Positions 36,331-48,747 of a stretch of DNA of 64,000 bases are shown here, one piece after another. The notes beneath the pieces are model-generated. The model saw only the letters and a list, made by a program, of their open reading frames with translations, had not been told where the DNA came from and searched no databases. The position numbers and the translations under genes were made by a program. Positions within the stretch are counted from its first letter, which is position 1. Each line of letters starts with the position of its first letter. The stretch is taken from contig NC_068994.1 of assembly GCF_001194135.2 (NCBI RefSeq), positions 22,184,576 through 22,248,575 of the forward strand. The letters are read 5' to 3'. Source of the DNA: Octopus bimaculoides. Taxonomy: Eukaryota.

Positions 36331-37984
36331 AAGTACTTCATATTTGGCATAACTTTATTCATGGGGTAGTTTATGAATGATTACACTGTTTTTGCAGCTA
36401 ATCATTGAAATATAACTCAAACATACACTGCTATGGACACAACCTCTACCTTACATCCAGCATTAAATAACAGATAGGATGGAATGAAATGTTTGTAATT
36501 TCAAAATGACAAGAACAAGTGTTAGTAAATCATTAGTTTACAATGTCAAAGATTTTGATAATAGTTGAGATTTTGCTAAAGCATTACTTGCTAACCTAAG
36601 ATATCCAGAGAAAAAGATAGTGGAGATTATCCCACCATCCTTGTGTTTATGGATGGCATGGATTACACCTGAAATACATCATCTCACCCTGTACAGTATA
36701 TATCAACTCATTTATGAATCCTACAACAACCTGAGATGTAACTTCAACATTTACTCCTAAATATTTCTTTGGTAGCACCCAGCACTCACAGCATGTCTCC
36801 TTACTGCTACAGCCATCTCTCCTGATTCCAGCCTTTGCATCATTGCATATCCAACATAACAAGTTAGACTGATCATTCATTATGTTTTGTGAAATTATAA
36901 CATCACTCCTCAGCTTAAAATGAGCCACTAACTCCTTCTGCTTAGATTTCACTGATAAGATGGATGAGGCTATTGCTGGTAAGAGTAGTAGATGATGAGA
37001 GTGATAAGGATACATATGTAAACTATACCTGTCAGTGGATGACAGTAAAGCTGTTAAGTAATAGTGCAAGATATCAGGAGGAACCTGGGACCAGCACATT
37101 TACGCCAATTGAATACTACTTGTATGCTTCAAATGTGTGTCACAAACACACGTTCTAGATCTGCCATTGCCTGGCAGATAACCCTTTACTGATCAATACA
37201 CTACGTAGGCTTCTGTCTCTTCAGTCATCACTACAAGAATCTATGAACTGTCAAGCTGTGTACCATCCCAGCCCAACAGATCAATAAGAGAACCTTCAGG
37301 TGACCATTTGGCCTTCTTGAAACAAACTGAAATTTTCAAATCACACTGCTTTGAAGTATAAGACATATTACATAATATCCTAGATAGTCATGAAAATTCT
37401 AGATAGTCATGACATTCTCAACTTCATTTCTCTCTTTTATCATTTTTACTTTTCTTCTCTAGATAAGACTGAAAAATGCTGAAAGGACCCTGGGTTTTAT
37501 CATATATACATGTAATCTTCACTTGCTCCTAAAAGTAGGTGATATCAAAAAGAATTCTGTGTCCACTGATATAAATGATGTATATAACATTACAGTACAG
37601 TCATCAAATACATACCAAATAACATTTCAGTTTCTCATATACACCAATAGACATAAAATCCAAATGTTTGCCAGACATTTTGAAGGACAGCAACATACTT
37701 CATTAAGGAGAAGTGTCTTGGATATGCCTAGTTCCATCAGGTCTAAGATCATGTTGCATGCACTTCAATGTTGCACCTAACTACACTGCAGCATTGTTGT
37801 CATGCTACATTTATATTTGCCATGAAATATGTTTAAAAGCTGACATACACTACAGTGGAATCAAATTAGATGAACATGATACACCAAAAAAGTGATGTTA
37901 ATCACAAGAAGTATATGTGAAAGTGATTGAATAACGTGAATCAAATTCATATATTACAAAATGGCTGTGCTGACAAACAACCAG

Positions 37985-38600
37985 TCATCATCATCATCAT
38001 CATTATCATTTAATGTTCGTTTCCCATGATGGCATGGATTAGATGGTTTGACCAGAGCTGGTAAGGCCAGGGACTGTACCAGGCTCCACTGTCTGTTCTG
38101 GCATGGTTTCTATGGATGGATGCCCTTTCCAATGCTAACCACTCCACAGAGTGTATTGAGTGCTTTTTATGTGGCACCAGCACTGGTATCAATTTTGCTG
38201 TAGTGGACAGGTCTTCTTGAGGACATCTCCTTCATAAGGCCCAATGTGTTGAGATCAACCTTCAGTACTTCATCCCATGTCTTCCTGGGTCCCCCTCTTC
38301 CACAAGTTCCATCCATTTTAAGTGATCAGCACTTCTGTATGCAACTGTCTACATCCATATGCATCTCAAGACCCAACCAGCAGAGTCTTCTGTTTTGTTC
38401 ACTGCATCTAATTTCTCTTATGCCCAACTTTTTTCTGTTGTACATGTACACTGACATTGCACACCCAGTGGAGCATACTAGATTCATTCCTCTCTAACCT
38501 TGACATGTTTCCTACATTCAGGGCCCACATCTCACTACCATGTAGCATTGCTGTCCATATACATGCATCACATAATTTTCCTTTCACTCCTTTCATCTGT
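37985..38600 (-). mobile_element. RTE LINE 3' fragment
   Basis: GKLCDACIWTAMLHGSEMWAL..LERNE; (CAT)n tail at 37,985-38,010. Confidence 0.85.
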
Positions 38601-38755
38601 CTTAATGTTTTGAGTTCAAATTCCACCAAGGTCAACTTTGACTTTCATCCTTCCAGGGTTGATAAAATAAGCACCAACTGAGTACTGAGGTTGATATAAT
38701 TGACTTACCCCACGCTCAAATTGCTGGCCTTGTGCCAAACTTTGAAACCAATATT
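38600..38755 (+). mobile_element. SINE family B copy
   Basis: GAGTTCAAATTCCACCAAGGTCAACTTTG...TTGCTGGCCTTGTGCCAAAC. Confidence 0.8.
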
Positions 38756-39604
38756 CAGTTGACATACAAAGCAGTTATGAATTTTGTAAATACATAACTC
38801 CTAAACTCCAAATTGATGTGTTTTGTTTTGACTTTAGTTAAAATTGTAAACAAAACAATTCCACTCACTTTTCAACTTCATTCTTACTTGACATTTTACA
38901 TGAATATTTACAAAACTGTTTAATAAACTTGTTGGTTGGTGATCTACATAATTCCATAAGGAGCACAAGGCTGGTTTCCTGGTTTCTGTAGCATACACAT
39001 ATATTCCTCCCTGGATGGGACACTCATCTATCATTGAATTATTCATTTTTAACAGCTGAGTGGATTGGAGCAATGTAAAATAATTTGTATTGCTCAAGAG
39101 CACAACGCATCACCCAGTCCAGGAATCAAAACCACATTCTTACAGTGATCAGTCCAACACCCTTACCACTAATTCCTTTGCCTCTACATCATCTTGTACT
39201 TGACATTTTTATCAAATAAAAGATTCTTTCATTCTACATTTGTGTATTGAGTACTTTCTGTTTGACTGTAGCTGTTTTTGTTAGCACTATCATTTCATGT
39301 GTAGCCATTGCTGTCATTGTCGTTGTTGTCGTCATCGTCATCATTGTCATTATTCTCATTATCGCCATCATCATTTTAGCATCCACTTTTCCATGATTGC
39401 ATGGGTCATATGGAATTTTGAAGTAGATTTTCTACAGCTGGATGTCCTTCCTGTTGGAAGCAAGGTAATATTTCCCTTTGATTGGACCTGCTTTCAAAGA
39501 ATATTGAAAAGGAACAACATCACTTGTAAGATAGTGACACTCATTTATGGCCATTGCACAATGTTAAGACAAGGAGACACAAGCATACATGCACTCATAC
39601 ATTT

Positions 39605-39935
39605 TTAGTCGAATGAATCAACCCTAGTACTTATTTTTAAGCTTGATTCTTATTCTAGCAGTCTCTTTTGCCAAACCAATAAGCTATGGAAACAGACAAA
39701 CCAACACCAGTTGCCAAGTGGCAGTGGGGGACAAACACAGGTACAGAGAGACACACACATAGATGTATATATATGGCAGGTTTCTTTCAGTTTCCATGTA
39801 CAAAATCCATTCACAAGGCTTTGGTCAGACTGAGTCTATAGTAAAAGACATTTGCCCAAAGTGTCATACAGTGGGACTGAACCTGGAACCTTGTGGTTGG
39901 GAAGCTAACTTATTACCACATAGCCACACCTGTGC
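39605..39935 (-). mobile_element. SINE family A copy
   Basis: CACAAGGCTTTGGTCAGAC...GGGACTGAACCTGGAACC. Confidence 0.8.
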
Positions 39936-39989
39936 TTCATGAGTAATGATTCACCCATTTCATCAAAACCTCAACACACTGTTCCTGTT

Positions 39990-42900
39990 GCCAAGGAAAA
40001 CTTCATCCACAAATTTGGCAGCATACAGCTGTGACAACAACAAAGATAACAACTACAACATCACTAAAACTAGCAACTGAAAAAAACACCAGTAACAGCA
40101 GCAGCAACACCAGTAACAGCAGCAACAGTAGTAACATTCATGGAAGCAACAGCAACAAAAATAACAAAAGAGACAATGACCCCAAGAGCCATCACATCAC
40201 CAACAACAACAGAACAAAAAGACCATGACACCCAAGACATGCTCCTCCAAAGCCTGCTTGGGAGTAATCAGACATATTGCATGGTGAAGGTGACACAGAA
40301 GAAAGCAAATGGCAAAAAGTAACAAACAAGAAAAAGGAAAAGGGGTAAAAACAGGCCAATAAAAATGATGGTGGGTTCAAACAGACAGAAGAAACACCCC
40401 AACAATGACACTCCAATAACAAAAACAACACCAATACTACAAACACCATCCTCACCATCGTCATCCTCACCATCGTCATCCTCACCACGACAGTCATCAC
40501 CAGCACAGACACAACGAACATCGTAAACACCAGAAAAACCCATAGTGCACCTGAACCAAGAACAACAACGGCAAAGAAACATTATATACTTCACTACCAT
40601 AAATACAAACAACAAAGTATTAATGGAGTGCATACATAAGCACACAAATATTATTCAGAACGATTTCATCAAACCAACTGATAGCACACCATCACACAAA
40701 AGTCATACAAACAATAAAAACCATATGCAACACCATAAAAAAAGCAAATGTCCTATCAAAGTAGGAACCTTCAGAAGGGATATCAATAAAAGACTTTAGG
40801 AAACACCAAAGGAATGGAATACATGTCTTCCCCAAGTCACCGAGAATTAATGATCTTTTCTCACTTTTCTCCTTCCGTTGAACATGTTCATACTCAGGAT
40901 AGGAGGTGTAAATTCAGGTGACCTGTGATCGTCTTAGAAGTAGGGTCACCTGCTAAACGACCCCAGGTCAACAGACATAGATGTAGTGGACATCGATCCA
41001 TGAGCCTTCGTGCTCATTTTTAGTGGATACGAGACCTACTTACTTCCAGTCAACCGGGAATAGAATTCAGAGTAACTATATTTTGGAAAATTTTGAATCT
41101 CACGATACGAACCATTTTCTGGTACCCAGAAAGTACTGAACGTGACCAGCAGCGAAAGCCAAACAATATGACCGAGTGACCAGATTTCTCCAGAAATCTA
41201 GAGTGCTTCCTGGGAAAGTCTCATTCTTTAGTGTTAGTGAGATTGGAATGGTATCTTGGACGCACGCTTGGATTGTGTGAGGGTAACCAATTGATGGGGG
41301 GATGCAAAAGCCTCACAAATTTGTTCAGACGCTTCCAAATGACAGGTTCCTGCAAGATTTTCAATGTCGACATGAACAAACATCGGGTCATCCACAACAT
41401 ATCTAGATAGAAGATAAGATAGGGATAGCGTAGACTCTTCATAATTTAGAATTGTCAGTTACACAAACCATAATTTTTTTTTATCTGTACGGTCAACCTA
41501 GATTAGGCCCCGTTACCAGGAACTCAGTGACTGACAACTGAACGCCAAGCTTACAGAGACCAGATTAATGATGGTATTAACGGGGGAAATTGTCGACACC
41601 CAATATGATTCAGTCTGAAAAGAGCGATTAAAGCATAATCAATTAAGAAATAGCGGTAGAGAGAAATAGACTAGAAGTTGAGCAAGTTAGAAACTTAGAA
41701 TAGGTGCTTAGGGAAGGCATTTTCCCATGACCAATTCAACGCAAAGCACGAAGGATACGTTGTCAGACATAAGGCGCGTTCTCTAAGACACGAAGGGACA
41801 AATGCCGCTCGACAGGCCCGAATGACAGTGGGGTATCTTGGAAACAAAGTTTTGAATTGGTCTTTGATGGACCATGATGTACGTGTGTTGCTCAAACCCG
41901 AGCAGTTTTGTTTGGATTTTCAGCGGCACTTCGATCGACTGTTCGAGATGAACTGCAGACCGTATTGTAGAACGGACTTCAGAGTCTACCCCGACGACCT
42001 GCCGCAGCCGTCAACGAGAGAAGCAGAATGTTGCGAAAACCCATAACAGCTGCAGAAATATGGGAAGCGATGATTGGTTGCACGGCGGAAAAATTAAAGC
42101 TGTTTTAGATAGCTGATTTGGAGACCTGTTGGCAGACACCTGCAACTGGCAGCAGAACGAAGGAATTTCCAGTTTTGTAGGTCGAGGAGAGATAATACTG
42201 CTCTCAAAGGACGTGTAGTAATGCCGTGCGCATGCGTAGTCTCACGCATGCGTGGAATTCAACATACCAAGCTTTCCCGCTTTGATATGTCTCTTTCTTG
42301 CTGGCCAGCGATTGAGCATGGACGTGTTTAGCTATCTCTCTCCATCTTTCGGACTTACACTCGACAGCTCGCTTACATCTACATACCAACGTCCCAACAA
42401 CCATGCTCACACACACACAGAAGCTGTAACAACAAACAAGAGCTAAAGATGTATATATTTACCACCTGAATAAATGTTGTTTGTGTTGATAGTCTGGAGT
42501 TCAGCGTTCCGTTAATTTCTAATTTTATATAGGAAAGTCAGGTATACATCTAATGATGTATAACCCACTTTCCTATAGACGCAAACAAGGGAAATCACAT
42601 TTAAAATATTGTCTCATAATCCTGCTAAGTACAGAATTCAAAATTTTGACTAAGGGATCTTCTAAGGGATTAGTGAAGAGATTAGTACTGTCGTTGATGG
42701 TCTGACTGGTGATGCTCAAACGTGGGCAATACCATTCAGATCTGTCCCAGACGACTTCCATCTCATGCAATACATCGTATAGAGCACGAGCCAGGAAAGT
42801 GGCATGAGTGGGATCCTGATAAATTTAGATTAATGGAAAGCTTTCAATAGAGTCGACCATCAAAATTTGGTGGCTGTGTTCAGCTCACAGCAGATGGTTT

Positions 42901-44290
42901 AATTCCTGTCTTCAGTGGTTGGATCACTGCAATGTACAACGACGTAAGATTAATGGTTAGAGTGAATGACGTATTGGAGCCATGCAGCATCATACGATCG
43001 GTCCGTCAACGTTATCACCTTTCGTCTCTTCTGTTTGTACTGATTCCTGAGTTACTGTTACGGAAACTAGAAACACTGAGGGAGTTATCGTGCGCGAACT
43101 AGGACGCAGAAGAACCGTGACGGCATACACGAACGAGGTCACCGTCATAGTGTCTGATACCAAGCACTTCGAGGTAATCGGAACTGTTTAAAGGAACTGC
43201 GAGGTGGCGACAGGAGCAGCAGGCCTGCAAATCGGCTCCTGAAGAGGTGGGTCGATGCCATCCAACAGCGTCGTAGTGCCCTGGACAGACGGACTCGTTA
43301 AACTGCTCAGGGTCTGATTTGGTCCATATCTCCTAGTGGAGAACTGAGATGAAGTGACGACCTAGAAATATACCGAGATAAAGCTAGCCTTGAAAGGGCG
43401 GACAGAAATTATGAGCGCTTACATCGCCTTTGTCATATATTACCGCCTGGCCCTTTTGCGTTGCTCTAATTCACGTCTGACTGCTCTCAAGCTTTTTGTA
43501 TCCCGCTGATGATGCACTCCATTTGCTGTCAAAACCCGCTGAGTGAAGCACTGGCATTCCATGGCTGATGATGCGCAGACTGAGGCTGCAACATCTCCAG
43601 CCATTCTTTTGCTACGAGTAGGTATGGTCACCGTTTGTCAGGTGGGTATTTCCACGACTAGTCTCTTTGACAAAATTGCAGTCCTAAGTCATACACAGAC
43701 CAAGACAGAGCGCTTGGTATCTGGAATGCCGTCAGACGCTCACAGCTTTCTACAAGTTGGGCAGTGCGATCAGTGAAAACTTCACTATGGAGTTCTGTAA
43801 AGTGTTAGCAAAAGGTAAAGCGACAATATTCTCGGAGAGACTTTGGGCGTCAACGAAAATCAGTAGGCCGGTCTATTCAATCGGAGCGTTGCTGGCCCGA
43901 GATAAACTCTACTGGCACGGAAGTGCTGTCATATGTGACTGCTCGAGATACCCGCTGAACGACGCAATTATTCTGCACGCACTCATCAGTGCCCGGGCAT
44001 TCCTCACTTGTGGATTTGTCAAGCACCTGCAGTCACGTGTAGGACGGATCAAGTTATCTGCTGAGTCCATTGTTATCTGATTGTCCAGTCGCCTTCCTTT
44101 GACCTGGTATGACAGGTAGACTGTATCTATTTGGTAGATAATTCAAAAAAATATCAGCCAATCCAAATATGTGGAAACTAAAAAACAAAGGAGACTCTCC
44201 AGTTCTGTGCATATAGACTATCTGTAAATCTTGGTAACTGCAGTAATTATGCTTAGCTGAGCACATTCAGTAAGGAAATAGTGGAGGAAC
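39990..44290 (+). mobile_element. Near full-length decayed Tx1/L1-clade LINE (low-complexity ORF1 remnant, APE, RT, C-terminal CCHC region)
   Basis: ORF2 starts at about 40,883 (MFILRIGGVN); FSRNLECFLG; WNGILDARLDCV; ITAAEIWEAM; KAFNRVDH; VKLLRV*FGP; LHALISA. Assignment of 39,990-40,860 to ORF1 is weaker. Confidence 0.82.
42214..42577 (+). mobile_element. Solo LTR (gypsy-like) in the Tx1 LINE
   Basis: TGTAG...CTATA ends; 4-bp TSD GACG (42,210-13, 42,578-81); AATAAA at about 42,469. Confidence 0.85.
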
Positions 44291-44849
44291 GCAAGGATAC
44301 GACCGTTCCGTTCCTTTTTTAGGTAATGCAGACCTGAGGTTTAGGTTATGTGCTCCTATCTACCCAACATTAGCGTATCTCCAGCTCCTAATATCTATTT
44401 CTATCACTGAGCAAGACCGAAATTTGTCATTGCTTTCATTAGTAAAAATGAAAAGATTCGTTTCTCACTGGAGTGTCCGTTGTTTTCAACTAAAACATTG
44501 AAATAACCGATAGTACTGATGTTATCTCCCTTGTATGTTTTGTCCTGTAAACACTTGTTATACCTTGTTTAACGACATAGATAACTAAATACAATAAAAC
44601 GAGACTTTACATGTGGTATATTAATCAAGTGACTGCTACTGGACTGACAACCACTAAATATTTTTTAAAGAAAATTGGTAAAATAAAACAATAAGTAACA
44701 ATTGCTCTTACAATTGAAGGGAAGTAACTCAATATATTACACTTCGCATATTAAGATGTAAGACAAATTGTTTTACACATAAACATTCAGTATCAGGCAG
44801 GAATCTTTTATCTTTTTAATCTACACTTTTTTTTATCGGTGTTTTCATG

Positions 44850-45792
44850 CCTTTCTCTGCAATCTTGGCTTGTCCATTCGATTGTAGGAATTGTGAAATG
44901 GATGTGATATGGTGAACGTTTTGGATAAATTTTAAAATTCTTCAGTAGATAATTGCGAAGCATTGTCTGAAATCAGAAAATCTAGTATATACCATGTTGG
45001 TGGGAACTGATTTCAGCTTATTTATTACTGTAAAACTGCTTTGATCTTTTAATTGCATTACTTCTGCAAATATGTAATCATCATTATTAATTGAGAATAA
45101 ATCAACAACAAACATTGACCAAGGACGTTCTGGTACCCATGAGACAGTAATGGTTCTTCAGTGTTGTCTGTTCTGAATTTAACACATAAGGTACATTTTT
45201 CAACTGCTTCCTGAATTTGCGAATTCATGACAAGCCAAAACAGAACATCTCTGACTCTCTTCTTACTTCTTGCAATACCTTGATATGACTGGTGAACCCT
45301 GTTCACTGTTTCACCAATGATTCCGGGGCGAATATTCTGTCACTTTTGAAAAACAGTGTCGTGAATGCAATTTCATCACAGACTTCTTAATATGGTTTCA
45401 ATGATAGGGGACGTTCCTTTCTTAATTTTGGCCAACTGTTTAGCACAGTCACGTAGGGTTGTGAAGCTAACACTTCGACTGGATGCTGTCTGATACTGTT
45501 CCAGTTTTGTTGGTGGCATCAAAAGTGAGTTGATAATATCAACAACTAGCAATTCATCATAGAGGGAATCATCATGTTCATTTTGTTATGCTCTAGAGAA
45601 ATTATTTGCTATCAAAATCATTTTCCATTCTCGTGGTGTGAGAAGATAAATAATTTGATGGAAAATTGATAATAATGGATTGGGATCAGTTTCAACCATC
45701 GTTGTTTTTCTGTTCACATAGTCATGGAACCGTCTGCATTCAAAGACTGTTGCTTGCAGTTCCTTCTCTAGATCCGGGTAACTAGTCTTTTT
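44850..45792 (-). mobile_element. Decayed Ty3/gypsy pol fragment (RNase H to integrase)
   Basis: DLEKELQATVFEC.RFH..VETD; HQSYQGIARSKKRVRDVLFW..CTLC; HITS..QSNGQA. Confidence 0.85.
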
Positions 45793-46043
45793 GGATCTAG
45801 TTCAAAACGGGGGCACCAGTTTTCATTTATGTTTTATGTAGTGTTTTTGGTACCGAAAGACTTTCAAACTTCGTATACTTATCTATTTTGTGTTATAGAA
45901 CAGAAAAAAATTTTTGTATTCGAAGTTATTTCGTGTAAAAAATTGTCCTATTTCGATAATTTCAACCAATCACTGACAAGTATTCAGCTGTTTATAGTTA
46001 CTCCTTTGGCAGTTTAAGCGGTTCCTTTGGCAGTTTAAGCGGT
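45793..46043 (+). mobile_element. Second copy of the GGATC foldback family: one TIR plus a 21-bp tandem repeat, running into Ns
   Basis: Matches the reverse complement of 1,595-1,786; unit CCTTTGGCAGTTTAAGCGGTT. Confidence 0.8.
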
Positions 46044-46764
46044 NNNNNNNNNNNNNNNNNNNNNNNNNNNNNNNNNNNNNNNNNNNNNNNNNNNNNNNNN
46101 NNNNNNNNNNNNNNNNNNNNNNNNNNNNNNNNNNNNNNNNNNNNNNNNNNNNNNNNNNNNNNNNNNNNNNNNNNNNNNNNNNNNNNNNNNNNNNNNNNNN
46201 NNNNNNNNNNNNNNNNNNNNNNNNNNNNNNNNNNNNNNNNNNNNNNNNNNNNNNNNNNNNNNNNNNNNNNNNNNNNNNNNNNNNNNNNNNNNNNNNNNNN
46301 NNNNNNNNNNNNNNNNNNNNNNNNNNNNNNNNNNNNNNNNNNNNNNNNNNNNNNNNNNNNNNNNNNNNNNNNNNNNNNNNNNNNNNNNNNNNNNNNNNNN
46401 NNNNNNNNNNNNNNNNNNNNNNNNNNNNNNNNNNNNNNNNNNNNNNNNNNNNNNNNNNNNNNNNNNNNNNNNNNNNNNNNNNNNNNNNNNNNNNNNNNNN
46501 NNNNNNNNNNNNNNNNNNNNNNNNNNNNNNNNNNNNNNNNNNNNNNNNNNNNNNNNNNNNNNNNNNNNNNNNNNNNNNNNNNNNNNNNNNNNNNNNNNNN
46601 NNNNNNNNNNNNNNNNNNNNNNNNNNNNNNNNNNNNNNNNNNAATAGGTAAAGGAACATTTTATGGTACGACCCACTATTTAATATAGCAGTATAAACTA
46701 ATATAGCTAATTTTGTTGTGTTTGAGGAGAGTCGCTCTCTCTTTTAGTGCATTATTATTTAAAA

Positions 46765-46935
46765 CACTCACCTGTAAAGTTTCCACTCATTTACTTATTT
46801 ATTTTTACAAAAATTTTCATTGCGTCTTGCACCCTTTTCAATAGTCATTGAGTCAACGACTATTGAAAAGGTTGCAAGACGCAACGAACATTTTAGAAAA
46901 AAAAAGTAAATGAGTGGAAACTTTACCAATGAGTG
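46765..46935. mobile_element. Almost fully palindromic MITE (~170 bp)
   Basis: Outer arms GTAAAGTTTCCACTCATTTAC / GTAAATGAGTGGAAACTTTAC; inner arms TTGCGTCTTGCA..TTTTCAATAGTC / GACTATTGAAAA..TGCAAGACGCAA. Confidence 0.85.
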
Positions 46936-46939
46936 TGTT

Positions 46940-48280
46940 GAATAATAAGGCACTAAAAGAGAATGACACTCCCCAGACACAACAAAATATGCTTCAACAC
47001 ACGAACTCACACAAAGAATCTTGCAAACCAAATCCAACAATGAAATAATGTAGCTAGAGAATTTATTAATTTAATCGCCAGGGCATAAGTACAGAAAAAT
47101 ACTGAATAGGAACTGTGTTAAGGTTAGTTATTCAACTGGCAAAAATTCCGGGTTATAATGCTGCAAAAGTGAATAGAAGAGAAATGATCATGCAACTGTA
47201 GAATTCGTGAGAACTGTCTACTAGACGGTAACTGTTTGGCAAAGTCGATAGTATACAGTGCAAAGGTTGAATCAAACAGTAGTGATGAACCTAAAACATA
47301 TTCACGAGAAAAAGCACTCCATTCAAAAACCGTTATTACAACCATAAACATTCATTTGTCATTCCCGACAGAAAATGTGCAACAACTTTGTTGACGTCTA
47401 TATGGTTCTTGCGTGAGACAAGTGTAACGATGATATGTTGCAAATAAACGTGAGGAAACAAATATGTTATTTTTTGTAATGGCCATTTATTTACATCGTT
47501 ACAGTATAAGATAAACTTCTTCGAGTTGTTATTTGTAAATTGTTTGCCGTTCTGTTATCCTTTCTGTAGGTAATGAACTTCAACTGTGAGTGGCTGCTAG
47601 AAGACTGTTGGAAAAAGGAGATAGAGAAATAGTAAAAAAATTGAGACAAGTAGAGAGGGTAAGCGCTGTGTAGTCCCTCGCATAAGGTGCTTCCGCCGTC
47701 GGCGCCGAAAGAGAGAAGGAAGAACTGAATTTGGTTATCGTTAACTGAATTTGGTTATATGTGCTGAAAAGCTGGATGGAGGTAAGAAAACATTGGAAAG
47801 TAATGGGTTTATCTCTTTTGCACTGTATTTAATCCAAAAATGTTAACTTAAACAATAATACTTAATTAAGTGTGATAATTGACTTACATGAATTTCTAGG
47901 TGCAAAAGCCAAGAAGAATAGGAAGGGGACAGGTAGAAAAATGTAAATTCGGTTTCGTAAATTCCTGGCTTAGTTTCTAGGAAGCTATTCGTTACACAAC
48001 TTCTCGTAAATTCAAGATTACTTGGTCTATTGTAGATAATGCGCAACCATACGACTACGGGAGTTTCAAATCAAAAATGCAGTGTGGCATTTGTTTGAAC
48101 GAAAAACTGAGAATTTTAACTCAAGGCACAACTAATTTGAACAAAAGAGCTGAACTGTTAATGCCTTGTATGCATGCGACTAAGTATCTTTTATGCAAGC
48201 ACAAATCTCCTTCAATTTCATTTTTGTTCAGAAAAAAACATTCGTTTTCGAAATATTTAATTAATAGGTTTTATTGATAT
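46940..48280 (+). mobile_element. Penelope-like element 3' part (GIY-YIG), split by a solo LTR
   Basis: ILNRNCVKVSYS; CNCRIRENCLLDGNCLAKSIVY; FKNRYYNHKHSF; KITWSIVD; CGICLNEKLRIL..LNKRAELLMPCMH. Confidence 0.88.
47423..47996. mobile_element. Solo LTR
   Basis: Perfect 8-bp terminal inverted repeat TGTAACGA...TCGTTACA; TSD CAAG/CAAC; removing it restores the PLE frame LRETTSRKFKITW. Confidence 0.88.
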
Positions 48281-48333
48281 ATGTCTCCATGTGCGTGCGT
48301 GTCTATATTTATGCATATGTACATAGGCATGTG

Positions 48334-48365
<32 letters not shown>

Positions 48366-48497
48366 TGTATGTATGTATGTATGTATGTATGTATGTATGC
48401 ATGTATTTATATATAAGTAGAAAAAGAAAATGGAGATTGAGAAGTTAATAATTGTTTATTATTAACAGCAAATTAATCCTCATTCCTTACAGCTGTT

Positions 48498-48747
48498 TCA
48501 GTAAATATTAAGTAAATATTAAATTTATATGACCTGGGCATAATATCTTCAGAGCAAAAAAATACCCTTCGATGTTTTATATGTGTCTATGGATTCATTA
48601 TAGCAGACTGAATGATAGTCTGCTATAATGACTCAATCTGTTATAATGAATCCATAAACACATATAAAACATCCAAGGATATATTTTTTTTCCTTCTGAA
48701 GATATGCTCAGGTCATATGAATTCAATATTTACTTAATATTTACTGA
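48498..48747. mobile_element. Foldback MITE with ~110-bp arms
   Basis: TCAGTAAATATTAAGTAAATATT...AATATTTACTTAATATTTACTGA; inner hairpin TATAGCAGACT/AGTCTGCTATA. Confidence 0.88.

Noticed and set aside
41044-41442. Apparent minus-strand exon with good splice signals
   Set aside because: It is the antisense of the Tx1 APE endonuclease region.
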